From the human T2T-CHM13v2.0 reference genome, Homo sapiens, in assembly GCF_009914755.1 (NCBI RefSeq), contig NC_060947.1: DNA of 64,000 nucleotides; one strand, written 5' to 3'. The translations under genes and the position numbers were made by a program. The notes beneath the pieces were generated by a model. It was not told where the DNA came from and made no database searches. It saw only the letters and a program-made list of their open reading frames with translations. Within the stretch, counting starts at the first letter, position 1, and each line of letters begins with the position of its first letter. Shown one piece after another: positions 17,011 through 30,110 of the stretch.

Positions 17011-18557
17011 GAAATTTAAAAACTTGATTTAGATGAGCTCTAAGGCCTTAAGTATTAAAGTATTAAGTATTAAAGTGATATGTAACCAAGTATATTGTTT
17101 GGTAACTTCATTTTTGTTATTATTTTAACAAACCAATATATTGTGAATATACTTCCAAGTGAAAAGAAAAAAGACATTGCAGTCATCACTAATAACTGCA
17201 AAACATTCCTTTGCAAGAATATGGAATAATTCATTTAATCATTCCCCTAATGTTAGACATTCAAATGTTTCCAACTTTTTCTATTTAAATAATGCTACAA
17301 TAAACTTCTATTTTGTGCTTATTGTATTATTTTCTTACAACACATCCCTAGAAGTGGAATTCCTAGAAGTTTATACACATTTCCAATTTTTTTCCAAATA
17401 TATGGCAAAATTTCTCTCTAAAGTATTTTTATTCCTACCAGAAATACCTCTTCACCAACACGTAGTATTTAATCTGTACCAATCTGGCTTAAGACAATGA
17501 TATTTAATTTGTATTTCTGTGATTTCTAGCTAAATTAAATAATCTTCATATGCTTATTGGTCATTTGTACTTCTAACTGCTTTCTCCTGTCTGTTGCCCA
17601 TTTTTCTATTGTGCTGTTTATTTTTATATATCGAATATATTGACCATTGGTTTTACATACTTGATGCTAATAATTATTCTTAGTTTATGGTTTGTCTTTG
17701 AGTTTTATAATGGTGTTTATTTCACATAAGAAATTATAAATGTTTTCTAATGAAATTTATCAAGTCTGTCTTCACTTATGTTTTCTTCATTGTCAATAAC
17801 TTAAAATGACCTTTTCTACCTTTAAAAATTTTGAAATTTTCCTCTGTATTGTCTAATAGTACTTACATGATTTCCTCTTTTAAATTGACATATTTAATCC
17901 ATTTGGAATTTATTTTGATTTTAACTAGTAATTTAACTTTATTTTCTTCTCCAAATGATTCACTAGTTGTTCTGACATTATTTAGTGAATAATTCATCCT
18001 TTCTTCACTGAATTGGAATGGCATATTCCATATACTGTGTCTGGTTTTGGCTTTTCTGATCTCTTCCACTGATCAACCTAAGCTGGAGCCAGTATCAAAC
18101 TGTTGTAATCATTATGCCTTTAGATACTTTAAATGTACAGCAGGGAATGTCTTATTACTCTTATTTTTCACAAATATCTTGGCATTGTCTCATGTTTTAT
18201 TCCTTCAGATAAATTTTGGGATTATTTTGTCAAGATTTTGTTTGAGTTGTTTTAAATTTTTAGATTTCATTGGGAAAGAACTGAAATCCTTGAAATATTG
18301 CTTCTTCTTAGCCAGGAATATGGTACAACTTTGCATTTAATTCAGTTCTTTCCTTAAATACCACCATGAAGTTTTTTGTTTTGTTCATATAGGTCCTGCA
18401 TTAACACCATATATATAAAGTGTGAGAAATACTACATTCTTCAGGATTCTCTGTAGGTTAACAATGAAGATGATGACTCAACCCTTTCTTTGTTTGCATA
18501 ATGTGATGCCACTAATAGTGGGTAACTTCTCTGCCTTACCTCCTCTGTTCCAAACAG

Positions 18558-18592
18558 GATTTTTCAGAATGAACAAATTAAAAGAATCATAA
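18558..18592 (+). CDS. AR: AR cryptic exon 2b/CE4, coding part (GFFRMNKLKES*)
   Basis: Acceptor tcctctgttccaaacag|GA; phase-1 translation gives the known exon 2b peptide; TAA at 18590-18592. Confidence 0.9.
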
Positions 18593-19747
18593 TCAGACAC
18601 TAACCCCAAGCCATACTGCATGGCAGCACCAATGGGACTGACAGAAAACAACAGAAATAGGAAGAAATCCTACAGAGAAACAAACTTGAAAGCTGTCTCA
18701 TGGCCTTTGAATCATACTTAAGTTTTATGATGGAAGGATACGACTATGAAGAAAGACACAGAGCAACATCAGACAGTCAAGAATTTCAGAGCCAGCTGGC
18801 ATGCAGTGGACCTCATGCCAGCCCATTTTATGACTATTTAGGTAGTCAAGGGTTTAAGATTTTTCTAATAAGACAGTTATTATGCATTTCAATGAGTGAT
18901 TTCTTTGCAGCTCTAGAGTGTGGCCTTACCTACTTCAACATGAGAAGATTTTTGTATTTTGTCAGTCATTTCACAATGACTTTTAGTGAGCCCTTCATTA
19001 TAGACTGTGGATACAACTTTGCTGTTGGAAATTAACAGTGTCAAACAACTGGGTATAATGTTTGTAATATCTGAGGAGGGGGAGCTGCCTAGGAAGTTGT
19101 ATTCCCTGTGTTAATTTTTCAGTCTCTTAGGTTATAGAGGACCTTCTAGAACCACCTTACAGCAGGATTACATCCCATTTACACAGTTCTCTGTCACTTG
19201 AATACAGAGAAGGGATCCACAAGGCCATATGCTTCCTAGACAAAGAGAAAAGATTTCTGCCACACTCAGAACGCTTTGTCTTCAGACTATAATCACCCAC
19301 ACCATATTTCCTTTGGATCCACTTTCCAGATTTTTGTGCTGGCACTAACACCAACTTGCTGTGGCTTGGGGCATGTAATTTCAATACTTTGTGCCCATTT
19401 TCATAAGTGAAGTGTCAGGCATCACATTGGACATTTTAAGATTCTTTACAGCCCAATGATTCTGTGTTTCTAATTAGGCCCAATGGGTTAGAGCTAAAAG
19501 GAAACAGTGAGTTTCCTGGAAGGAAAGGACATATAACACAGTCCAGAGGTAAAATGGGCTGTATTCAAGAAAAGATAGGACAATACTTTGCAGGGATGCT
19601 GCAGAGAGGATTCAAGCCTTGTATGGAGGAATGGATGTGATACAACCAAAAAGTCTTTAAAAATTCTTTCCAACTAATCTGAGATTTGTAACCTTATGGA
19701 CTGTGATTTGCAGCAAACCAAGGATGTGATAAAGACTAGTATTGTTT

Positions 19748-20034
19748 CTAGAATGCAAGGATGGTTCAACATATGCAAATCAATAGTATTAACAGAATGA
19801 AGGACAAAAACTATATGATCATCTCAATAGATGCAGAAAAATAATTTGACAAAATTCAACATCATTTTATGATAAAATCTTTCAAGAAATTGGGTATTAG
19901 AAGGAATGTTTCTCAACACAATAAAGGCCATATCAGACAAGCCCACAGCTAACATTATATTCAATGACCAGGAATGAGATAAGGATGCTCACTCTCACCA
20001 CTTCTGTTTAACATAGTACTGGAAGTCCTAGCCA
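19748..20034 (+). mobile_element. Old L1 ORF2 (RT domain) fragment, sense to AR
   Basis: ATGCAAGGATGGTTCAACATATGCAAATCAAT...ATCTCAATAGATGCAGAAAA...GTACTGGAAGTCCTAGCCA resembles L1 RT coding sequence. Confidence 0.8.
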
Positions 20035-20122
20035 ATTTCATATTAATGAGCCTCATTTTCTTCATCATAGAATGAAGTATATAATAATCCCTGTTATACT
20101 TACTTTGCACAGATTATTATTA

Positions 20123-20428
20123 TTATTTAATTATTATTTTGAGACAGGGTCTCACTCTGTCACCCAGGCTGGAGTGCAGTACCACAATCACAGCTTACTT
20201 CAGCCACGACCTCCCAGGCATAAAGGATCCTAGCCCCTCAGCCTCCTGAGTAGCTGGGAGTACAGGTGCACACCACCACACCTAGCTAATTTTTTTTTTT
20301 CATTTTTTTATAGAGACGGAGTCTCACTATGCTGCCCAGGCTGGTCTCAAACTCCTGTGCTCAAGCAATCTTTCCACCTTGGCCTTCCAAAGTGCTGGGA
20401 TTACAGGAGTGAGCCACTGCACCTGGCC
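20123..20428 (-). mobile_element. AluJ-type SINE
   Basis: Full dimer (GAGACAGGGTCTCACTCTGTCACCCAGGCTGGAG...GCACCTGGCC) with TSD-like CAGATTATTATTA on both sides. Confidence 0.93.
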
Positions 20429-23400
20429 TTGCAGATTATTATTAAACTTTGTAAACTAATCAAATGAGAGTGATTATTGTTACTGTTAAGAACTCTGATA
20501 GCCTCATCCATATATTTGGAGAAATTGAATAAATAATAGGAAAGAAATAATAGCATCCCAATGATTTTACCTTGGCTCTACCATCATTTGGGGAAGTGAT
20601 AATTCAGATAGGAGAAGTGACTTGGAAGCAGTCTTGAGAGATTGCCTGTTCCATCCCCTATCTTTGTCCTTAAACCAAATTGTACAGATAAATAAGGTCT
20701 TATTTTTAGGACTTACAGAAAAAAGATTCCTTTCATATCCATCTTTGCAATCCTCAACCACTTCTGTCACTATTATGTGTCATTTCAAACATTAAATTCC
20801 TCATTCTGCTTTGAAGGAACACATGTGTCATGTGTACCCATTTGTATGTTTTGGTGTGTTTTATGCTTTATGTGATCACCCACATATGCACAGATAATTC
20901 CAAAATCCAGTGTGTGGGTGTTGTATTCCCTGTGTTAATTATTCAGTCACACTCAAACACCTATGCACTCACACATACATGAATACACACATGTACATTA
21001 GCATGTTTATGCTTATGTTGCATGTGACTGGCAACATCAGTGCCTTTCTAAGGCAATGTTAACTACCTTGAGTTTTGGGAGAGCTTTAGAGAACAAAGAC
21101 AAGAGACTAAATGATTCTAGATGTAAGAGACAATGTTGCAATAAGTTACTATCCTAAAAAGACAGAATACAGGGACAAGAGACTATTATTTTGGATAGTT
21201 TCTTGCTTACCAGTAATACTTAAGTCCTTTACATTAAAAAAAAAAAACTCTGTAAATATATTGCAGAAGAAATCCAGACATCCTTCAAGATTCTTAGAGC
21301 TGGAAAAGATTTTAATGACTTTCCAGTCCAATCTATCTCATGTAATCAATGGGGCCCAGAGAGGCAAAAGGTCTTGTCCAAGGTCATATAGTGAGTTAGT
21401 GATAAGGCTGAACAAGGATTCAGATGTTGGGGCTTCCAGCCCACTGCTCTTTCTCTCATCTGGGATTTGTGTATTTTTGTTCATTAGAGATTTTCCTCTG
21501 TAACCTCAATATCCAATGCAGGGCCTTGCACATAATAGATTATCAGTAAATGTTAAATTAATATGTCATGGCTTTGGTTGTACTGGGCTTTTGCACTTAC
21601 TCCTGAGTAAATTGTAAAGAATATCTACGTTTTAGGTTGCCTTGTTTTAGACCAAGAGGTACCCAGAGAAAAGGTGTGAACTATGCTAAGGAAATTATCC
21701 GAGTTCCAAATTGAAAAAAAAAAAAAATCATGCTTTTCCGCTATAACCTCTCTCATTCACAGAGTGATTCTCTTTCAGAAGGGCAATCTAGAACTATTAT
21801 GGGAGCCATATTCCATTGGTGGTGCAACCATTTCTTGACAAACTAGGGTCCAAGAAAGTATTTTCCTGGGGAAGATGAGATTTCTCAAAGAAGGCACGCA
21901 CTTTCTAACCTAAGCTTATTTCAGTAATCAATGTAACAAGCTGGTCTTGATGATTGCAGCAGTACCAATACTGTGGGAGTGTACCAGTTCTAGAACAGCT
22001 ACAACATTGGAATTGAACGCACTAGAATTGGATACAGGACCTGTTTTTGAGGAGCTAACACCCAAAGGCTGAACAGCACTCGTAGCACCGTCCTTTCTGT
22101 GCACATATGGTAGTCCTCAGTTTGCAACAGAAATAAAGCTGTTAGCAAATTATGTGTTCTATTTATGCAAATAAAATCTTGTGGTATGCTAGAAAGAGCA
22201 CTGGCCTGGAGACCTTAGTTTTCTCATATGTTAAAAACCCCTAACACAGGCCTGGTTCATAGTAGGCACCCAATAAATAGTAGTTTTCTTCCTTTGGGGG
22301 CCTCCGATTCAGTGTGCTTCTTCAGGTAAGTCACTTCCCTGGAACTCCTCCTTGGAATGAGAGTTGTACTGTTGTGATTTTTAACAGTTCCTTCAAGCCA
22401 AGCATTTTGGAATCCTTTCATAAAGGGAGAAAGGAAGGAAAGAAGAAAGGAAAATTAAAGGAAAAAGAACAAATAAAACGTTAAAAAGGAGGAAAGGAAA
22501 AAGGATCCTTTACTACAATAAAACTAATCTTATGTTCTTGCAAGTAGCACTTTAAGTAAAAGAAGTTCTTTGCTGACCTGGTTACTACTGAACCTACTAC
22601 ATAAAATAGCCTACTATAATAGATGCATTTATGTGCCTAATCTTCACTTTTTAGGCTTAGTAAAGGGAGAGGAAAGCTGATGTATAGTTAAATTTATGTT
22701 TTTAGTTGTTTTTTTTTCTACTCTCAAATATCAATCACTCTTTAGTTTCTCTTTCTTTTTCCGACCACAAGCATTCTTCCTCTGCTTAAAGAAGCTTCCC
22801 TAAAATCCCAGTCTATCCAGTAAGCCAAAGCACAGCAATAAATTTGAGGAAAAAATACCAGGGACTTAGAGACAGAAAGGAGTGAGGGGATGCAGAAGCT
22901 GAAGCTGGAGCACGGTTGCAAGCATGAGAAGTTCTGCGTGTTTCAGAGCAGCCAAGGATGTATTTTTGCCTATTCCTGCTGGTGACTCTGTGTGTCTATG
23001 CATCCATCTGCTATATTTACATGTTTAGTCAGTCAATCCACGTTTGCTGAGAGCCTGCTGTGTGCCAGGATTGTGCTAGCGTAAAGGAGCAAAGTATTGA
23101 GCAAAATATGTTTGAGCAGCTGTAATTCTGAGGATCTCTAGGTCTGAGCATGTGTATGTGTGTGCGCTTCTATGTATCTGTGACAACTCCAGGTGTTCAT
23201 GACAGTGATCTTTGTTACTCTGTTGGCTTCATCGAACTTCCTTTTACTTGCTGTGATTCACTACATAGAGTGGGCTTTATCTCTGATTTTTATAACCTGC
23301 AAGACTGGGGGTATGATCACCAGCAATCTAAAAACAGTTAGAAATCCCATGGAGTTATCTTTTGTAGAAATTTTCCTCTACTAATATTATGAAAAATAAG

Positions 23401-23756
23401 CATCTTATTAGCTCGAGTGTAATTCTATGCATGATTACAGGTATCAATAGGAAGAAACATTGACTGAGTTCAAATCTCTTCTACGCCATGCTAAAGGGGT
23501 GACAAGTTCCACAATGGATCATTTTCTCATGGGCATTTCTGACTTTTGGTAAAAGTAGAGCACCTTATTTTAAAAACCATTGAGTAGTCCTAATAGTGGA
23601 GATATCATCAGGATCTGAATTGTTCATCCCTAAAAAAAACACCAATGGAAATCAAACAATATAGTGCCAAATTAAACTGTTTGAATATTTAGGTTCTGTA
23701 TGATCAAATTGTTTGGTGCCATACTCTGTCCACTTTTTTCATGTGGTAGGATATAA

Positions 23757-24026
<270 letters not shown>

Positions 24027-27000
24027 TCTCTCTTTAGACCAGATTTTCTTCTTTGATGCTTCCAAGGGGACCAGCCATGCTCTAGACACAGGCTGACCCT
24101 TTCATAGGCAACGTGGCCATCAGCCAGCTGGTGCCTTTTTTTTAATCCTTATCTATACCAATCCCCATTCCGGGGCTCAGCATTAGAGCAGGCGGTGTGA
24201 AGCAGGGATCAGGAGCCAACAGAAGGTGAGTGAGGATGCATCTGACTGGGCAGGGCCCCCAGGGGACTTAATGATACTGGCCTGATGTTGTTCAGTGGTA
24301 GCTAGGATGAGAGAACTAAGAAATCCAGAACAGTCAGAGGTGCAGGATGACCCAGGCATAGGCGCAGGATGACCCAGGCACAGGCTGATCCTGAACACCT
24401 GGGAATATCCCTTAGCTAACTGCTGCCTATGTTGTAGGGCCAGCCACCTCGAATGAGAAGCTACTTCTCTTTGGAGCCTGTGACTAGGCTGCCACACAGA
24501 GCCAATTTCCTATCCTATCTCTCCCAAAGATGAGCAGGTGTTTTAATAATTTCCTTTTCTTTGCAAAGCTATTGACCATTTCCAAAAGCATTTTTTTTCA
24601 GTAGCACAGTAACGTGATAGATGGAAGATACAGCTCTTTCAAGGGCGTTCCTCTATCATAAGGCTCTCTGTCCCACAAACCTGTCTACCATGAGTGTTGT
24701 CACCATTCCAGAAAGGCTTGACATCAGTTGATTGAGACTTATATTTTCCCTCTCCAAACTCCCCCATCTCTTCATGTTTACATCTGCCCAATGCCAGGGT
24801 CCTCGCTGCTGCCTGCTACTTCCAAAAAGATGTGTCTTTCATGAGAAAAACAAGATCATTAATCCACTTCGATTTGGAAATGGAATTTGAAGAAAGGCAA
24901 GCCTATTTCTGAGTGCCTGCAACTGTAGCCTCATACCCAATTATTCATTATTAGCCTGGAAAACCCAAGTGCCTAGAATCCAACCCTCTCCCCTCTCCTC
25001 TTAAGTCTAATTTAGACCAGTTGTCTATCTCTGGCTTTCTGTGAGGTGTTCAATACCTTGTCTGCCTATGTGCACATTTATAGACAACAACTAGTTCTCT
25101 TATCCTGGAGCAGGGCCATGTGTGGATCTTCATATAGATAACTATATCCTCCCCATCCTCACAGGGCAGTAGTATTATTTAAACAGAACAAAGTACCTCA
25201 CATGAATTGACCCAGGCTGGATGAGAGACAATTTCAAAAGAATCATCTCAAGTAGCGTCCAGTACTCCCAAACATCACAGGTAGATGTTCTGTGAGTGGC
25301 TTTCCAAGCATCCACATCAAATGAGACTCAGATATCTGAGAAAACTCAACCTTGTTTTGGTTTGCTTGGTGCACCCCAAAGAAATCCAACAATTGAGGTC
25401 TACAGTGGAGAAGAAGTAGGACTGGGGTCAGGGAGTACAGAGGCAAAGGCAGGATGGGTGACAAAGTGATTGACAAGAAAAAATGTTCTCCATATGAATG
25501 TTGCAGCCCCATGTTGAGGGTTCTTATACACTCAACTGTCAATTATTTAGCCTTCTGTGAATTATGTATAGTATAAAAGATAGGGACTCTCAAGTAGGGA
25601 ACCTCTTGGCTTGCCATCTGGCAATATGAATTGCAAGTCCACTTTGATGCAGGTAAAGTTTAATGGTAACAAAAGTCCTCATAACATTTGGATGCAAATC
25701 TTAACATTAATTCCATGTCTCAGCCAACATTCTCCATTATTAAGCAGCCTGTGATGTGATTACAGTGAACCACTTTTGAAAAGGAGCCTGTGTATAACAG
25801 ATAGTTTCACTATACTATATAACCGTCAGATGCAGGCTTGTAAATTAATTTGTTGGTGACAATGTTTCAGTACATTTTCAAATTGATTCATTGGTATAGT
25901 ACTCAAATTTGAGTGGGCTTGGTGAACACAATGAAGACAAGCTGAGAAGTGCTGTGACTGGCCTTCATTTCAGTTGCAGGCCCATGATATTTTGAGTGTC
26001 TTCCATGTACAAGGCACCATGCTAGGCATTAGAGCTTGAGGCTGGCAAACTTCAGGAAGTGTTCACAAGATACCAGGATTCTTGATGTTGTGTAAATGGC
26101 CTTGCCTTTAGAGTCAGGCAGATCTAGTTTAAAGGCTCAGCTCCTTTATTTACTGTGTGCCCCTCTGAGCCTCAATTTCCTCATCTCTGATTTAGAAATA
26201 CCATCCTCATAGAGTTATAATGAGTATCAGATGACATGATGAATGTGAACATCCTTGATAAATAGCAAAATGCTAGACAAATATGGGGGCTTAATATGAC
26301 ATTGAGGTCACTAGTAATTTAGCTGGAAAGTCTGTAACACAGCACTTCCCGATGGCTTTTACCCTAAGTAACTTGGTATGCCATATAATATGTAACAGCA
26401 CCAACAGGCAGAGAATCGCCAGAAAACACTCTTGATTACCTCAAACGAAAAAGTACCACCAGGATCCTGTTCAGAAGCTAATTTTAGTAATTAAGGGAAT
26501 CATATGCTATGTTCAAATACCATGCCAGTAAAAACCCAATTGTTTACCTTCTTAAATCACTGCTTGAAGAGCAAATCTTTCCATTTTGCTGAATGAACTT
26601 ATCTCCACGTTCCCTGCCCTACTGACACAACCCCCTCCCAAGTTTATTGTTAACTTACACATTCAATGCACAGCACACCTTTACTCAAACAATGGAAAAG
26701 AAAGAAAGTGTCAATTCAAAGTGGCCCTTGTCTATTCCTTAAGGAGTAGACTTCCATTTTCATCAGATTTGGATTTAGCATAGACATATTGATTACCTTG
26801 AAGAAGAATTCATATAATTTTATCTTCTGATTCCCATCACTCAAATCAAAATTACATAATATATTCCAAAATGGCAACTAGGAATGTGGCCTTGGGCAAG
26901 TCCCTTCTCTCCTCTGATGCTTGGTTTTCCCATCATAGAACTGGAATTGTGGCTTCACCGAGGACCTTTCTGGTGCTAACATTTTGTGATTCTATGTAAA

Positions 27001-27396
27001 AAGCCACACAGAAAGGATTGTTTTTCAGCCCTTTCTTAGATTGTCTGTTCCCTGCTCCCAGAAGTATAGATAGTGAGACTTGAGTGCTTTGATACATCGT
27101 AATTGTATCTACCTCCATTCACACCTACTTAAGATATCTGTCTAAAAGTAGACTAGACAGATTATTGAGAGAGTGGAGGGCAGAAGGGCTGTCTCTGTAT
27201 CTTAAAGAAGCTGGCACTCTTCAGCTGATGGCTGCTTGGTCTTGAGGCCTCAAGATCTTTAATCTGGCTTTCTCTATAGTGTTTCATTCACTGTTTGGTG
27301 ATGGAATCTCTTCAGTTCAGAGATACTTAATAGATATAGCTTTTTCTTTCCTGCTTCCAGGCCTACCTACCTGTTTCTTGCTTTTTTTTCTAGCAG

Positions 27397-27455
27397 CTGT
27401 TGTTGTTTCTGAAAGAATCTTGAGGGTGTTTGGAGTCTCAGAATGGCTTCCTTAA
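27397..27455 (+). CDS. AR: AR cryptic exon CE1, coding part (AR-V1 tail AVVVSERILRVFGVSEWLP*)
   Basis: NAGNAG acceptor ttttctagcag|CT; TAA 27453-27455; AATAAA at 27753-27758. Confidence 0.92.
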
Positions 27456-28119
27456 AGACTACCTTCAGACTCTCAGCTGCTCATCCACAACAGAGATCAG
27501 CCTTTCTTTGTAGATGATTCATTCCTGGCTGCATTTGAAAACCACATATTGTTAATTGCTTGACGAATTTAAATCCCTTGACTACTTTTCATTTCAGAAA
27601 ACACTTACAAAAAAAGTCCAAATGAGGACCTTCCCTCCAGTGAATTAGCTGTGGCTTTCTCACAGTCCATAGTTAGGATAAATGTAAAGCCATTTCTCAT
27701 TTTTCTCCGCACTTTCCAAGGGTACACTCCTTGTTTCCAAGATGGAATGAGAAATAAAGAAGTGCCCTTCCTGCCATCTTCTCCCCTGACCCTTTCCTCC
27801 TTCCCACTTTCCTCCTATTCCTCCCCAAACATGATTTATTTCTGCGTTTTGCAACTCTTGAGTTCTCAGCATTTAGTAAATGGTGTTGGTCCCTGTTGAT
27901 TCCTTCCTCTCCTGGACCATGGAAGGTAGTAGGCCTTTCAGAAATTTCAGGTAGCAGCCAAACCCCAGAAGAAGAGAAGGAACACAGAGACCTAGACCAT
28001 GTGAGAACCTGAGGTGTGCAGCATTTACTTCACAGATTCGTCTAGCATATTTGAGAGGTGTCTTTCCTACTAGGAGACTGAACTCTGCATCTGAGAATAA
28101 AAACTTAACATATCTACAG

Positions 28120-28151
28120 GTTTTGACAACCTCTGTGAATTATCTAGTTGA
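28120..28151 (+). CDS. AR: AR-V8-type cryptic exon (GFDNLCELSS*)
   Basis: Acceptor tatctacag|GT; phase-1 translation matches the AR-V8 tail as I recall it. Confidence 0.75.
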
Positions 28152-28369
28152 GAGGATGGCTCAAGGAGCCTATTGCCATGGTCTGATGTCGTTATGGACG
28201 CTATGAACATCCTTGCAGTTTCCATTGTTGAAGACAGCCCTGATGCCAGCTGTCTCATCATTCCCCATGTTCAAGAGCATCCCAGCATTGCTACCTCAGG
28301 ATCCCATGTCCTGAATGCAACAGAGTGATTTCGCTGCTGAATTACTATTCATGGCATGGCTCTTCACAG

Positions 28370-29000
28370 CATTTATTCATCCATGTATCTATCCATTCAT
28401 CCTTCCAGCCAGCCAAGAAGTTCACGCTTTCATCTTTTCATCCATTTACTCACCTATTTATTCATTTAGCAAATATTTATTGAGTACCAACTATGTGCCA
28501 GACACTCTGCTAGGCATTTTGGGGAAGCAGAACTGAATAAGATACTATTCCTTTCCTCAAAAATTTGAGCAAGAGGAGAAAGGAAGTAATGAGGAATATA
28601 CCTTAGCCATAAAGGAAAAATAAGAAATCACTTGGAAGAAGTTAGGTGAGATGGAAGGAAAAGGACATCTAAGGTAAAGCGTACAGTTTGAATAAAGGCA
28701 CAGAGACATGAACAAAATGCATTGAGGGTTTGAGGAACAGCAATTGGTTTAACATGGCCAGAGCTGGGGAAATGGTAAGGGCAAGCTGAAACCACATTGA
28801 AAGCAAACTTGGTTATTATACTAGGTAGTTTAGACTTCAAGCAGTTGAAAATCTTTGAGCATGGGATAGGCATGATGACATTGTGTTTATTTGCATGTTT
28901 CTTTAAAGAAAACTGGCAGCAGCACAAATGTTTTGTTGATGAGGGTTTAAATTGTAGAAAGTGAGACAATTTTAGGAAGGCCAGCTAGAGAGAAATTTCT
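28370..29000. mobile_element. L2 remnant
   Basis: CATTTAGCAAATATTTATTGAGTACCAACTATGTGCCAGACACTCTGCTAGG is a typical L2 3' end. Extent approximate. Confidence 0.65.
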
Positions 29001-30025
29001 AGCATCAAATTTTGCTAAACACCTAGGATTTGTAGTTACCTCCATTTGGGTTGTTACCTGCAAGTACTGACCACGTATATGAAGAAGTACTGGTTTAGAC
29101 CAAGGCAATTGGCTTGTATAAGAGGCCTACCCTCATACCAAAAGCCAGTTTCCTTGGTCTAGGCCAGTGTTTACTGGTATGTGTCCTGAGAAAACTAGTT
29201 CCATGACATGTTCCATGAAAAATATGATTTCTATTGTCAAATAAGTGAGGGAAACTTGCATATCATGGTCCTGCTCAGGAAGATTTACAATCCTTATTAG
29301 CATATCACAGGTCCTGGTGAATACTGCGGTAAAGTAACCGAGGAGCTTTGTAACTCAGGATTCCCGAAGTTGATTCAACCACAGGACCTCATTTATTCAC
29401 ATAACACCTGTTATCCTACAAAACCACTGTTCTCTGGAATACACTTTCGAAAACATGGGTATAGACAAAAACTCTATCCTATAGGCAGAGAATACCTATA
29501 CCTCTAGCTCAGGTCATCATTTTGCAGATGTGTGTGTCATTAAGAATCAGTCAATAATGCATTAATGATCAAAAGCAGACCATCCTTACCACATGGTGCA
29601 TAAGATTATGCTATTATGCTATTAGCTACTAATGCCACTAAAGTTAATTATGTTGGGTCTGCAACGTTGTCATACACAAAGGATAGGATGCAAAACTGTC
29701 CTAGGCCAAAGCATGGTTATTGCCCAAGTTATCTAATGTCTGCAGGTACATATTCCTGGCCTAAGGATTGTGCTAAAGAAGTTATTTCTAAGAAATATAG
29801 TGACTTCCAGCATCATGCAGAATGACCATTTAATATTTTGAATATCTAGACATTCTGCTGTAGAATTTAATAGTCCTTTTATACACTGTCTGACCAACAT
29901 TTTGACATTTACTCAGAACCCCATCACAGTGCTACCACATAACCTCATTGCTAAAGTGGGAGGCCTAGAAATCACAGATTTGTAGAAACCATCCAATGAT
30001 TGAATCCCCTCTACTTCCTGTTCAG

Positions 30026-30110
30026 CAGGCAGCAGAGTGTCATAAAGAATTAACAACGTGGAACTCAGTTACTGGGATTTCTTCCATTCTCCTTTGATTC
30101 TCTAGACTAG
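30026..30110 (+). CDS. AR: AR cryptic exon CE2: AR-V6 acceptor at 30026 (AGSRVS*, stop ends 30045) and AR-V5 acceptor at 30106 (D*)
   Basis: ttcctgttcag|CA and ttctctag|ACTAG, 80 nt apart; peptides match known V6 and V5 tails. Confidence 0.88.
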
